DNA of 64,000 nt. It comes from Candidatus Eiseniibacteriota bacterium. Lineage in GTDB: Bacteria; Eisenbacteria; RBG-16-71-46. The position numbers and the translations under genes are program-made. The stretch's first letter is position 1; each line of letters begins with the position of its first letter. The notes under the pieces were generated by a model. The model was given only the letters and a program-made list of their open reading frames with translations, made no database searches and was not told where the DNA came from. Location: positions 19,901 through 83,900 of the forward strand of contig JANMQY010000079.1 of NCBI GenBank assembly GCA_031370785.1, in the 5' to 3' direction. This document shows, in pieces, positions 40,545 to 49,285 of this stretch.

Positions 40545-41479
40545 AGGGCCTTGAGCCTTCCCCAGGTGCTGGTGTGCACCGGCGTCGCGCAGTTGTCGGC
40601 GGCGCCCGAGAAGTTCGGAGTCGGGTTGTCGAACCAGCGGTTCACATCGTGCACCGAGGCGCTGCCACAGAACTCGATCGAGTTCCCGACCGCAACCACC
40701 GGCACCGACTGTCCGGCCCCCCAGTATCCCGCACTCATCGCGGTCGCTTCGTTCGCGCCGCCGCCCGCGCCCCACTCGACGTAGTCGACCATCTGATCGG
40801 CCGAGGCGAGGCCGCCGGTCGCGGTAAGCGCCGGCACGTAGAGCGCGAGCGCGCCGGATGGGTCGGGCAGGTTGCCAACCGCGCTCACGAAGAAGTCGGT
40901 CGCGGTGTTGATGCCGGTCTCATTGGTGTGAATGGTCATGGTCGCGCCGGGACCGAGCGCCACGTTGCTGAACGGAATCACCGTGGCCGCGCCCGCTCCG
41001 ATGCTCAGCCGGTAACGCCCGAGGTCGCCGGCCGCGGTGCCCATGTTGGTGATCTCGATGAGATCGTGCCCGGCCGCCTCGTTGTACTGCACTTCGGTGA
41101 TGCGGAAGTCCGAAACATCGATCGCCGAGCCGTTCACGATCACGCGGCCGGCCATCAGCGGCGCGTGCGGGGTGCAGTAGTAGAGAAAGGTGCCGGTGCC
41201 GGTCACGCGCCACATGAAACCCGCGCCGCTGCCCACAAATCCGCTATCCCACCGCCCGTCGGGCGTGACGGTCAAGCTGTCCCCGGAGGTTGTCGTGTGG
41301 CTGCTCGTTGCCGCTACCCATACAATCTTGTCCCCAACGTTGGCGTTGATCGCCCTGGGGACGAAGCCCGTAACGTTGGATACGATTGTGACGCGAACCT
41401 GACCGGCGTCCGCAACGGCGGCAAATCCGAGTGTGATCGCCGCGATGGTGATCCCGACAGAAAAGTAGCGAAGCGACAT
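40535..41479 (-). CDS. secreted cupredoxin domain / lamin-tail-domain fusion protein
   Basis: Signal peptide [25 protein letters not shown]. Type-1 copper ligand pattern: ...SSHTTTS... and [12 protein letters not shown] (His, Cys, His, Met). Then an LTD-like region: [34 protein letters not shown]. Confidence 0.65.
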   Translation of the reverse strand: MSLRYFSVGITIAAITLGFAAVADAGQVRVTIVSNVTGFVPRAINANVGDKIVWVAATSSHTTTSGDSLTVTPDGRWDSGFVGSGAGFMWRVTGTGTFLYYCTPHAPLMAGRVIVNGSAIDVSDFRITEVQYNEAAGHDLIEITNMGTAAGDLGRYRLSIGAGAATVIPFSNVALGPGATMTIHTNETGINTATDFFVSAVGNLPDPSGALALYVPALTATGGLASADQMVDYVEWGAGGGANEATAMSAGYWGAGQSVPVVAVGNSIEFCGSASVHDVNRWFDNPTPNFSGAADNCATPVHTSTWGRLKALYR

Positions 41480-41542
41480 GCATCCCCCCGTGAACGCGGC
41501 CTGCGTTTCGGTAACGCCTGCTCATTCCATCCGTGGTGTTGG

Positions 41543-42562
41543 TTATTTCGCGCTGCGCCGTCCCGATCCGCGCCGCGTCCCGGCGGCACGCGAGCTGGCG
41601 CGGCTGGGAGTGCGGCCGCCCGAGGTTGCCGGGCGGGCTCTGGCGCCTGATGCGCGCGCAACGGCCCTGGCGGCGGGTTTCTTCGCACTCACCTTCGCGC
41701 GGTTCTTCGTCGCCGAAGAGCGCGCGACCCCCGCTCTGGCCTTCGAAGTCGAAGTCTTCGTGGCCGCGCTGCGCAGCACCGCAGCTTTGCTCATGCGCTC
41801 CTGCTCGGCGCGGGCCTTCACGCGTTCCTGCTGGGCGCGAACCTTAGTCAGACGCTCCTGTTCCGCGTGGAACCTCGCGAGGCGCTCCTGCCCGATCCGG
41901 ATTTTCGCGAGGCGCTCCTGCTCGGCCAGATTGCTCTTCGCCGCACGCGCGTTGGCGGCTGCCGCGCCCTTGGCGACCGCCGCGACCTCGGCCTCGCGTC
42001 TTGCGAGCGGCACCGCGGCCGGAGGCGAGAACAGGTCGAGCGTGCGCCCCACCGGCTTTGCGACCCGGGCCTCATGGTCGAGGAGCCAGCGCTTGCGCGG
42101 AAGGCCGCCGCCGTAGCCGGTCATGGAGCCGTCGGCGCCGATCACCCGGTGGCATGCCACCACGATCGCGAGCGGGTTCTGGTTGTTGGCGAGCCCGACC
42201 GCGCGAGCGGCCTGCGGCTGGCCGACCTGGCGCGCGATTTCCGCATAGCTCACGGTCTCGCCGTACGGAATCCGACGGAGGACATTCCACACCTGCATCT
42301 GGAACTCGGAACCGATGGGGTCGAGCGGGACGGTGAACTCGGTTCGATTGCCGCTGAAGTAGTCGTCGAGCTGGTCGACGTACTTCTTCAAGTTGAGCAG
42401 CGACGGCTCCCACTTCGCGTCTGGATGCTCGGCCTCGTGCGCGCCGATCATGCGCTTGAGGCTCTTGCGGTCCATGAACTCGAGATAGCGAAGCCCGCGC
42501 TCGGTGCGCGCGAGAAACAGAAGCCCCAGGGGCGAGGACATTACATGGTAGGTGAGGCGCAT
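41543..42562 (-). CDS. ogt: methylated-DNA--protein-cysteine methyltransferase (Ogt/MGMT) with ~170-aa repeat plus histone-H1-like C-terminal extension
   Basis: The N-domain is MRLTYHVMSSPLGLLFLA. The core contains FQMQVWNVLRRIPYGETVSYAEIA...NPLAIVVACHRVIGADGSMTGYGGG. The active-site Cys is retained, but the site reads ACHRV rather than the canonical PCHRV. The tail has (A/Q)QER(L/V/M)xK repeats followed by a Lys/Ala/Arg/Ser-rich sequence. Confidence 0.8.
   Translation of the reverse strand: MRLTYHVMSSPLGLLFLARTERGLRYLEFMDRKSLKRMIGAHEAEHPDAKWEPSLLNLKKYVDQLDDYFSGNRTEFTVPLDPIGSEFQMQVWNVLRRIPYGETVSYAEIARQVGQPQAARAVGLANNQNPLAIVVACHRVIGADGSMTGYGGGLPRKRWLLDHEARVAKPVGRTLDLFSPPAAVPLARREAEVAAVAKGAAAANARAAKSNLAEQERLAKIRIGQERLARFHAEQERLTKVRAQQERVKARAEQERMSKAAVLRSAATKTSTSKARAGVARSSATKNRAKVSAKKPAARAVARASGARARPATSGGRTPSRASSRAAGTRRGSGRRSAK
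41792..41926 (-). repeat. five ~30-nt tandem coding repeats (QERLxKxRxx) in the Ogt extension
   Basis: The protein reads AEQERLAKIRIG QERLARFHAE QERLTKVRAQ QERVKARAE QERMSKAA. The DNA shows the recurring CGCTCCTG(C/T)TC motif on the plus strand. Confidence 0.7.
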
Positions 42563-42635
42563 CGCGGGGAGTCTAGCCGAGGGCCGAGCGGAGTGCCAAG
42601 CGCCGCGGGCGCGCCGGATCGTGCCGACCCGGTGC

Positions 42636-43373
42636 CTAGTGGCGCCGCACCGCGCCCAGCCGAGGCAGAACGCGACCGGTACGCGCGCAGTAGCGGGTGA
42701 ATTCGTCGCCGAATCTGCGCGCGAGCAGCGCCTCTTCGGCCTCCATGCGCGCGTGCAGCGCCAGCGCCATCAGCGCCGCGCCCACTAGGCCGATCGCGCT
42801 TCCGAATGCGAGCGCCGCTCCCAGGTTGGCGAGGCCCGCGCCGAGGTAGCCGGGGTGGCGGATGCGCGCGTAGGGCTCGCCGGTCTCGAGAGCGTGTTCG
42901 CGCTGCACCGCGACGACCGGGGCGAAGCGCGGCCCCAGCCGATCCATAGCCGCGATCCGCAGCGTGAGCCCCGCGGCCGCGAGCACGACTCCCGCCCAGC
43001 GCATGGGCGCTCCGCCCGGGAGCGGAAACCAGCCCATGCGCTCGCCAAGCGCGGAGAGCGGCGGAGTCAGAAGCGGGATCAGGAACAGCGCGAGCAGCAG
43101 CATGCGCTGGCCCGGCGCGGACTCGACCACGTCCTGCGCGCGCACCGGGCGCAGGAATCCGAGCACGAGCGTGGTCACCCCCCAGATCGCGACCAGCGCG
43201 AGCGCGCGAGCGTGATGAGCCAGCGCCCCCACGCCGCCCAGTGCCAGCGCGAGCAGCGCGGCGTCGAGCGCGGTCACGATCAGCGCGGTGATCAGCGTGC
43301 GCAGTGGATGTGTGCGACGTTCTTCGGCAGGGGTCACGGGGCGCAATCTATCAAATTGGGAGCGAGGCGTCAT
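42636..43373 (-). CDS. ICMT/PEMT-family membrane methyltransferase
   Basis: Polytopic. The C-terminal segment is GPRFAPVVAVQREHALETGEPYARIRHPGYLGAGL. Confidence 0.7.
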   Translation of the reverse strand: MTPRSQFDRLRPVTPAEERRTHPLRTLITALIVTALDAALLALALGGVGALAHHARALALVAIWGVTTLVLGFLRPVRAQDVVESAPGQRMLLLALFLIPLLTPPLSALGERMGWFPLPGGAPMRWAGVVLAAAGLTLRIAAMDRLGPRFAPVVAVQREHALETGEPYARIRHPGYLGAGLANLGAALAFGSAIGLVGAALMALALHARMEAEEALLARRFGDEFTRYCARTGRVLPRLGAVRRH

Positions 43374-43425
43374 CGCGCTAGGCTCGCGCCGCCCTCAGTA
43401 GTCGCGCCCACCCCTGGAGAATGTC

Positions 43426-43680
43426 ATGCCCGGCATGCCGCCGCTTCATCCCGTCCTGGTTCACCTGGCTCGCGCGCTCGCGGGACGCGCCGGCAAGGCG
43501 ACGCCGGTCGTCTCGGGGCTCGCTCTCGCGCTCCATCTCGCGGCCGCGATCGCGGTCGGGGTCGCGGGTTTCCGCGGTGGCCGACTGGTCTTCGAGCACG
43601 GCGGCGGTGTCCGCGTGCACGACCCGCTGGTTCCGAGCGATGGGCCGCCACGAGAAGAGGGCGAGCACGAGAAGGACTGA
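43426..43680 (+). CDS. short DUF2231-like ORF (possibly truncated)
   Basis: PLHPVLVHL at the N-terminus and GGRLVFEHGGGV near the C-terminus resemble the two ends of DUF2231 membrane proteins. At 84 aa the middle appears to be missing. Confidence 0.3.
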   Translation: MPGMPPLHPVLVHLARALAGRAGKATPVVSGLALALHLAAAIAVGVAGFRGGRLVFEHGGGVRVHDPLVPSDGPPREEGEHEKD

Positions 43681-43710
43681 GCGCGCCGCGCCCGGACCCA
43701 GGGCCTCCCA

Positions 43711-44532
43711 ATGCCCGCACAACCCCCGCTCCGCCTGATGGCCGTCCTTGCGCACCCCGACGATGAGTCGCTCGGGATGGGCGGCACGTTGGCGAGGTAC
43801 GCGGCCGAAGGGGTCGAAACCTACCTCGTCACCGCGACGCGCGGGCAGAGCGGACGCTTCCGCGGGATTCCCGCGGGCGAGGGACATCCGGGCAAGGAGA
43901 AGCTGGCGCAGATCCGCGAGGCCGAGCTGCGGGCCGCCGCCGAGGCTCTCGGCGTGCGCGAGCTCGCGCTGCTCGACTACATGGACGGGGAGCTCGATCG
44001 CGCCGAGCCACGAGGAGTGATCGCGAAGATCGCGGCGCAACTGCGGCGCCATCGGCCGCAGGTCGTGCTCACCTTCCCGTCCGATGGCATCTACGGCCAT
44101 CCGGATCACATCGCGATCTCGCAGTTCACGCTGGCCGCGATCGTGGCCGCGGCCGATCCGGCGCACGCAGCGGGCGCGGAGGCGCCGCATGCGGTGTCCA
44201 AGTGCTACTTCATGGTGACGTCCGAAGCCTCCTCGAACGCCTATCAGGCGGCGTTCAAGAAGCTCGTCTCCAACGTGGACGGCGTCGAGCGGCACCTCAT
44301 TCCGTGGTCCGACTGGTCGATCACCACGGTGGTGGATACGCGCGCGTATTGGGCGACGGCGTGGCGCGCGGTCTCGTGCCACGATTCGCAGATCGCCGGC
44401 TACCAGGCGCTGAAGACGCTCGAGCCCGATCATCACGAGGCGCTGTGGAGCAGCCGGGAGTACTACCGCGTATTCAGCACCGTGAATGGCGGGCGCAAGC
44501 GCGAGACCGACCTGTTCGAGGGCCTGCGCTGA
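43711..44532 (+). CDS. PIG-L/LmbE family deacetylase
   Basis: LMAVLAHPDDESLGMGGTLA and ...GIYGHPDHIAISQ. Confidence 0.85.
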   Translation: MPAQPPLRLMAVLAHPDDESLGMGGTLARYAAEGVETYLVTATRGQSGRFRGIPAGEGHPGKEKLAQIREAELRAAAEALGVRELALLDYMDGELDRAEPRGVIAKIAAQLRRHRPQVVLTFPSDGIYGHPDHIAISQFTLAAIVAAADPAHAAGAEAPHAVSKCYFMVTSEASSNAYQAAFKKLVSNVDGVERHLIPWSDWSITTVVDTRAYWATAWRAVSCHDSQIAGYQALKTLEPDHHEALWSSREYYRVFSTVNGGRKRETDLFEGLR

Positions 44533-44759
44533 GGCGAGTCCGCACCGCGAACGAGCACGAGGCCCTGCCTCTGACGGCCAGGGCGCGCCAGGGCTTTCGA
44601 AACAGGTAGAGCGCGAAGCCCAGCGTCTCCCGGCCCCATTGCAGATATCCGTCGCGCCAGCGACGGATGCGCTTCAGCATCGCATCCCGATCCGGATCGT
44701 CGGGGTTCTCGGCCGCGAATCTCGACGTTCGCGGCGTAAAGGCGTCCGGACTCCACGCG

Positions 44760-46109
44760 CTACGGGTTCTCGAACACCAGATCGCGCCTGGTCCAGTCGA
44801 TGGTCATGCGCCATCCGCGCAGGAACGCGCCGGACAGCGCCGCATCGCGGCGCACGCCGTGTCGCCACAGCTCGCTGGAATCGATGCCGCCGGACCAGCC
44901 CGGCACCTTGTCCTTCGTGATCGGGCCGACGATCACCGCGGGCACGGTCACGCCGGTCCACGGCCGGCCGCGCAGCATCGAGCCGGCGCCGGTCACCGCG
45001 CGCGCGAGCACGCCGGCCTTGAGTCCGACCTCTTCGAACACTTCGGGTGGCGCGGCGATGCCGCATCCCGGGATGCCGCTGTCGAGCGCCATCGCCATCC
45101 GGCGCCCGCCATTCATCGTGCCGTAGACGGTCAGCTCGTTCTCGCCCCAGATCTCGAACGGAACGCGCCGCGCGTCGGCGGCCGCACCGATCGCGGCATC
45201 CACCGGACGCAGCTCGAGTCGCAGCTTGTCGTAGTCGATCGTGGGCGAGAAGTGGCGCAGCAGGTTGATCCCGATGACGCCGACCACGTGTTCACCCTGC
45301 GGATTCACCTCGACGCTCCAGCGTCCCAGCTTGAGCACGCCGGCGGGCACGTTCTCGATCTGAACGCCCTCGAGGTCGAGCCGCTGGACCATGGCGTTAC
45401 GCACTGTGACCCGATCGCCGTTCCAGAGCACCGGCTGACTCGCCGGGAGCAGCGAGAGCTTGAGCTGGCGCGCGAAGTAGTCGTCGATGAGCAGGTCGCC
45501 GGCGCCGGTTTCGACCGCCATCAGCGCGCGCTGTCCGTTGATCTTCACGCGCACCAGCGGAAGCGGGTAGGCACGCTGGAACGGCATGCTCGTCTCTTTC
45601 GCGCCCGAGATCCGATACGTGTCGCCTTCCGCGAGACGGCGCAGCATCTCGGCGTGGCCGGTCTGCCCCAGGGAATCCGCGAGCGCCGCGGCCGCGGTGA
45701 ATTCTCCGCGCCGGACACGCGCCGCCAGCAGATCGACGCCGGCGGTCGGATCTGCGTCGATGCCGCCGGCCAGCAGGCTCTCGGCCTCGGCGAGGCGATC
45801 GTTCCACAGCGCGAGCTTGCCGAGAGCGGCCTCGGCCGCATCGTCGCCGGGGTAGAGCTCGAGCACGCGCGTGAAGATCTTCCGGGCATCGGCGTAGCGG
45901 TTGAGCCGGAGCATCGCCACCCCGAGCGTGTCGAGCCGGGCGACGTTCGTGCTCTGCCCGACCGTATCGCGGAGCGCGGCACGCAGCGCGAACTGGGCGT
46001 CGCGGTAGGTGGCGTCGGGCTGGAGGAGCTCGGCATGCGCCGTGGAAATGCCGAACGCGGCGAGGGCGAGGACGAGAAGTGCAAGGGCGCGCTCCCGCGC
46101 GGCCGCCAC
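44760..46109 (-). CDS. TPR-repeat protein with two retropepsin-like aspartyl-protease domains
   Basis: The signal-like segment ALALLVLALAAFGISTAHA is followed by a TPR-like region (ADARKIFTRVLELYPGDDAAEAALGKLAL). Two protease-like domains follow: VKINGQRALMAVETGAGDLLID and MNGGRRMAMALDSGIPG. The start (GTG 46109) is uncertain. Confidence 0.55.
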   Translation of the reverse strand: MAAARERALALLVLALAAFGISTAHAELLQPDATYRDAQFALRAALRDTVGQSTNVARLDTLGVAMLRLNRYADARKIFTRVLELYPGDDAAEAALGKLALWNDRLAEAESLLAGGIDADPTAGVDLLAARVRRGEFTAAAALADSLGQTGHAEMLRRLAEGDTYRISGAKETSMPFQRAYPLPLVRVKINGQRALMAVETGAGDLLIDDYFARQLKLSLLPASQPVLWNGDRVTVRNAMVQRLDLEGVQIENVPAGVLKLGRWSVEVNPQGEHVVGVIGINLLRHFSPTIDYDKLRLELRPVDAAIGAAADARRVPFEIWGENELTVYGTMNGGRRMAMALDSGIPGCGIAAPPEVFEEVGLKAGVLARAVTGAGSMLRGRPWTGVTVPAVIVGPITKDKVPGWSGGIDSSELWRHGVRRDAALSGAFLRGWRMTIDWTRRDLVFENP

Positions 46110-46110
46110 C

Positions 46111-47310
46111 TCAGCGCTCCAGGAACTTGCGCGCGGTGCGCAGCAGCACCTCGGCTCCGAGCGCGAGGCAGGCCTCGTCGACATCGAAGCGCGGGTGATG
46201 GTGGCCCCAGTGCAGGCCACGCGACTCGTTGCGCGAGCCCACCGCGATGAAGCACCCCGGCACCTCGCTGAGGAACGCCGAGAAGTCCTCGCCGCCCATG
46301 GTGCGCACGTCGTCGAGCACGTTGGCCTCGCCGACCAGTTCGATCGCGGCCTCGCGTGCGATCGCGGTCATCGCTGGATCGTTCACGGTCGGACGGTTGT
46401 GACGCAGGTACTCGACCTCGACGCGGCAGCCGAACGCATCGGCGACCCCGCGCACGATGCGCTCGAAGCGGCCGGGCAGCTCGTTCCATACCTCGTCATC
46501 GAACACCCGGCAGGTGCCGTTCATCCACGCGATCTCGGGGATGACGTTGAATGCCGAACCCGCCCGGAGCTGGGTGACGCTCACCACCACTTCCTTGAGC
46601 GGGCTCACCTCGCGGCTCGCGATCGCCTGCAGCGCGCTGACCATGTGCGCCAGGCACAGCACCGGGTCGATGCCGAAGTGCGGCATCGCCGCGTGCGCGC
46701 CCTTGCCGCGCACGGTCACGGAGAACTCGTCCACCGCCGCCATCCACGGCCCCGGAGTGACGCCAATCTTACCGAGATCGAGGTCCTGCCATACGTGGAG
46801 CCCGAACGCGGCGTCGGGACGCGGCTTCTCGAGCGCGCCGTCGGCGATCATCGCGAGCGCGCCGCCGCCCTGCTCCTCGGCCGGCTGGAAGCACAGCCGC
46901 ACCGAGCCCTTGAGCTCCGGCGCGAGCTCGGCCAGCTTCTTCGAGATGCCGAGCAGGATCGAGGTGTGGCAGTCGTGTCCGCACGCATGCATCTTGCCCG
47001 GCGTCTGCGATCGGTATGCGGTCTCGTTCTCCTCGTGGATCGGAAGTGCGTCCATGTCGGCGCGCAGCAGCACGGTCTTGCCGGCATGTCCGCCGCGGAC
47101 GGTCGCGAGCACACCGGTCCTGCCCACCCCGGTGCGCGGCTCGAGGCCGAGGCCGCGCAGCCGATCGGCGACGATCGTCGAGGTGCGCACTTCTTCGAAC
47201 GCGATCTCAGGATGCTGATGCAGGTCGCGGCGGACGGCGATCAGTTCGTCCACGTCGGCGCGAGAGAAGCTGGTCTCGGCGTTCCTGCGGATGACGGTCT
47301 CGGCAGTCAT
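46111..47310 (-). CDS. M20 family amidohydrolase (N-acyl-amino-acid amidohydrolase / hippurate hydrolase-like)
   Basis: The start is trimmed to ATG 47310 (MTAETVIRRN). Contains LHQHPEIAFEE, LLRADMDALPI and MHACGHDCHTSILLG. Confidence 0.85.
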   Translation of the reverse strand: MTAETVIRRNAETSFSRADVDELIAVRRDLHQHPEIAFEEVRTSTIVADRLRGLGLEPRTGVGRTGVLATVRGGHAGKTVLLRADMDALPIHEENETAYRSQTPGKMHACGHDCHTSILLGISKKLAELAPELKGSVRLCFQPAEEQGGGALAMIADGALEKPRPDAAFGLHVWQDLDLGKIGVTPGPWMAAVDEFSVTVRGKGAHAAMPHFGIDPVLCLAHMVSALQAIASREVSPLKEVVVSVTQLRAGSAFNVIPEIAWMNGTCRVFDDEVWNELPGRFERIVRGVADAFGCRVEVEYLRHNRPTVNDPAMTAIAREAAIELVGEANVLDDVRTMGGEDFSAFLSEVPGCFIAVGSRNESRGLHWGHHHPRFDVDEACLALGAEVLLRTARKFLER

Positions 47311-47553
47311 GAGCGTGGCCTCGGTGTCGTTCAGTGTGGGCGCGGTGTGGCCCGGCACGCGGTCGGGCGCGCAGCGAGCGCGCATTCTACGCTTCGCCAG
47401 CCGCGCGCGCCATGCCGCAGAGGCGCTGGAGCTGGCCGCGCGGCCAGTTGAGGCGGCCGACCCGCAACTGGCCGCCATAGCGAAGCGGGCCGGAGCACTC
47501 GCCCCGGCCCGCCGCGATCCATCGGTGCGCGACCTTTCGAGGCCGCGCGCCTC

Positions 47554-49041
47554 TTACTTCTGCAGCAGCTTGCGCCTTTCGACTTCCTTCTTCAGCACGT
47601 CCTTGTTGAGCACCACGAACTCGACCCGGCGGTTCTTCGCCATGTTGAGCGCGCTGGTGTTCGGGACGAGCGGCTTGAGCTCGCCGTAGCCCTTCGCGGT
47701 GTACTGCTCGGGCTTGAGGGTCGGGAAGTTCTTGATGAGGTAATCCATCACCGATCTCGCCCGAGCCTCGCTCAGCCCCTGGTTGTAGGCGACGCTCCCG
47801 CGCGAGTCGGCGTGACCACCGATCTCGATCTTGAGCTCCGGCCACTTGGAAAGCACCGTTCCGACCACGTTCAGGACCGGATACGACTCGGGCAGGATGT
47901 CGGCCTTGGCGGTCTCGAAGTTCACGTTGTTGAGCCGGATCATGCCGGTGTCGAGCAGCTCGGTCTCTTTCTCGGTGACTTCGATCGGGCAGCCGTCGCT
48001 GTCCACCTTGAGTCCGGCCGCGGTGCCCGGGCACTTGTCGAGCCCGTCGTAAACGCCGTCGCCGTCCGAATCCATCGGGCAGCCCTTCGCGTCCACGGTC
48101 GCACCCCTGGGCGTGTCGGGGCACTGGTCCAGACCATCCAGAACGCCGTCGCCGTCCGAGTCGGTCGGGCAGCCCTTCGCGTCAACGGTTGCGCCCTTCG
48201 GCGTGTCGGCGCACTGATCCATTCCATCGAGAACGCCATCGCCGTCGGTGTCCTTCGGGCAGCCGGTCGCGTCCACGGTCGCGCCCTTGGGCGTACCGGG
48301 GCACTTGTCCAGGCCATCCAGAACGCCGTCGCCGTCCGCGTCGTGCGGGCAACCGTCGGCGTCCACCGTCGCGCCGAGCGGTGTATCCGGACACTTGTCC
48401 TTGCGGTTGGGCACACCGTCCGCATCGTCATCCTTGGGCGTGCCGCCGAAGGTGAACTGCAGGCCGGCGCCGAAGATTTCGTAGTTGAGCTTGGCGCTCT
48501 CGGGGCGCTTGTTCGGAATCCAGAGCAGGTTGCGCGCCTCGAGCCTCAGCCCGAGGTGGTCGGAAAAGCGGAACAGCCACCCACCGGCGACGTCGAAGAC
48601 GCCCTGGTCGAAGTTGTCCTTGCTCGTGTCGGGAAAGACCTTCGTGTCCTTGATCGTGGTGCGCGCCGCGCCGAAGCCGACGCTGACCCACGGTGCGCCC
48701 CACGAGCCCGGCGTCGGACTGAAGATGATGTTGCCCGTCGCGTGGATGAACGTGAGGTCGGTCTCGTTGCCACTCCCGTCCTTCGCCTTGCCCGGGGTAT
48801 AGCCGCCGGCGATTTCCAGCCCGAGGCCGTTCGACATGATGTGACCGAAGCGCAGGCCGCCGTTGACTGCATCCTTCACCGTAATGCTGTCGTTGCTGGT
48901 GGCGAACTTGCCGAACTGTTTGTCGAAGTGAGTGATCCCGCCGAAGGGTGTGAAGTAATTGCGGGATTCCCCGGCGGTCGCGCGCACGGGGGCGATCGCA
49001 AGCATGGCGAGGGCAAGGAACAGAATGACTCTGACGCGCAT
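47554..49041 (-). CDS. OmpA-family protein: N-terminal beta-barrel, thrombospondin type-3 repeats, OmpA C-terminal domain (paralogue 1)
   Basis: Signal peptide MRVRVILFLALAMLAIAPVRA. Six DxDGDGVxDxxDxCPxTPxGAxVDxxGCP units. The OmpA-like domain includes NNVNFETAKADI...GHADSRGSVAYNQGLSEARA...NRRVEFVV. AAGGAG RBS. Confidence 0.88.
   Translation of the reverse strand: MRVRVILFLALAMLAIAPVRATAGESRNYFTPFGGITHFDKQFGKFATSNDSITVKDAVNGGLRFGHIMSNGLGLEIAGGYTPGKAKDGSGNETDLTFIHATGNIIFSPTPGSWGAPWVSVGFGAARTTIKDTKVFPDTSKDNFDQGVFDVAGGWLFRFSDHLGLRLEARNLLWIPNKRPESAKLNYEIFGAGLQFTFGGTPKDDDADGVPNRKDKCPDTPLGATVDADGCPHDADGDGVLDGLDKCPGTPKGATVDATGCPKDTDGDGVLDGMDQCADTPKGATVDAKGCPTDSDGDGVLDGLDQCPDTPRGATVDAKGCPMDSDGDGVYDGLDKCPGTAAGLKVDSDGCPIEVTEKETELLDTGMIRLNNVNFETAKADILPESYPVLNVVGTVLSKWPELKIEIGGHADSRGSVAYNQGLSEARARSVMDYLIKNFPTLKPEQYTAKGYGELKPLVPNTSALNMAKNRRVEFVVLNKDVLKKEVERRKLLQK
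47863..47967. repeat. 105-nt tract 103/105 identical to 49652-49756 (between OmpA paralogues)
   Basis: Direct reading shows only two mismatches (ggtCtcgaag/ggtTtcgaag and atcatGcc/atcatTcc). A further 50-nt block is fully identical at 47594-47643 and 49383-49432. Flanking coding DNA is clearly more diverged. Confidence 0.85.
47986..48432 (-). repeat. tandem thrombospondin type-3 coding repeats (about 6 units) in paralogue 1
   Basis: Residues about 204-352: DDDADGVPNRKDKCPDTPLGATVDADGCP HDADGDGVLDGLDKCPGTPKGATVDATGCP, and further units. Confidence 0.85.
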
Positions 49042-49236
49042 GGAGCACTCCTTTAGCTAGCGATGGCGGACGTACGCCGGAACCTCGAGAGCGTGGATGC
49101 GGTGCAGGCTGTCAGTCGCGGCAAGATAACCGCTTGCCCCAGGCGCAGCAAGGACCAACGCCCGGCCCCGGCGGGACCCGCGCGGCGGCTGCCCGCGAAA
49201 ATGGCGCGGCGAGCGCCCGCGGCGCGCAAAGGCGAC

Positions 49237-49264
49237 GGGCCGGACCCTTGGAGGGGTCCGGCCC
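49237..49264 (-). terminator. hairpin terminator candidate downstream of OmpA paralogue 2
   Basis: Perfect 11-bp stem GGGCCGGACCC / GGGTCCGGCCC with a 6-nt loop, 22 nt after the stop at 49286. On the minus strand it is followed by GTCGCCTTTG, a weak U tract. Confidence 0.5.
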
Positions 49265-49285
49265 GGGCGTTCTCAAAGCCCTGCG

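Noticed and set aside
44474-44680. 68-aa minus-strand ORF (MLKRIRRWRDGYLQWGRETLGFALYLF...) downstream of the TPR/protease gene, with high third-position GC in its first ~45 codons.
   Set aside because: It has no recognisable family or RBS that I can point to, and it overlaps the PIG-L 3' end. The coding signal may simply mirror local GC. It is too weak to annotate but worth a Ribo-seq look.
47986-48432. Highly periodic DNA (units of roughly 70-90 nt) that could be mistaken for a CRISPR array or satellite.
   Set aside because: The periodicity is in-frame coding sequence for thrombospondin type-3 Ca-binding repeats inside the OmpA-family genes. There are no unique spacers or leader, and no cas genes in the window.
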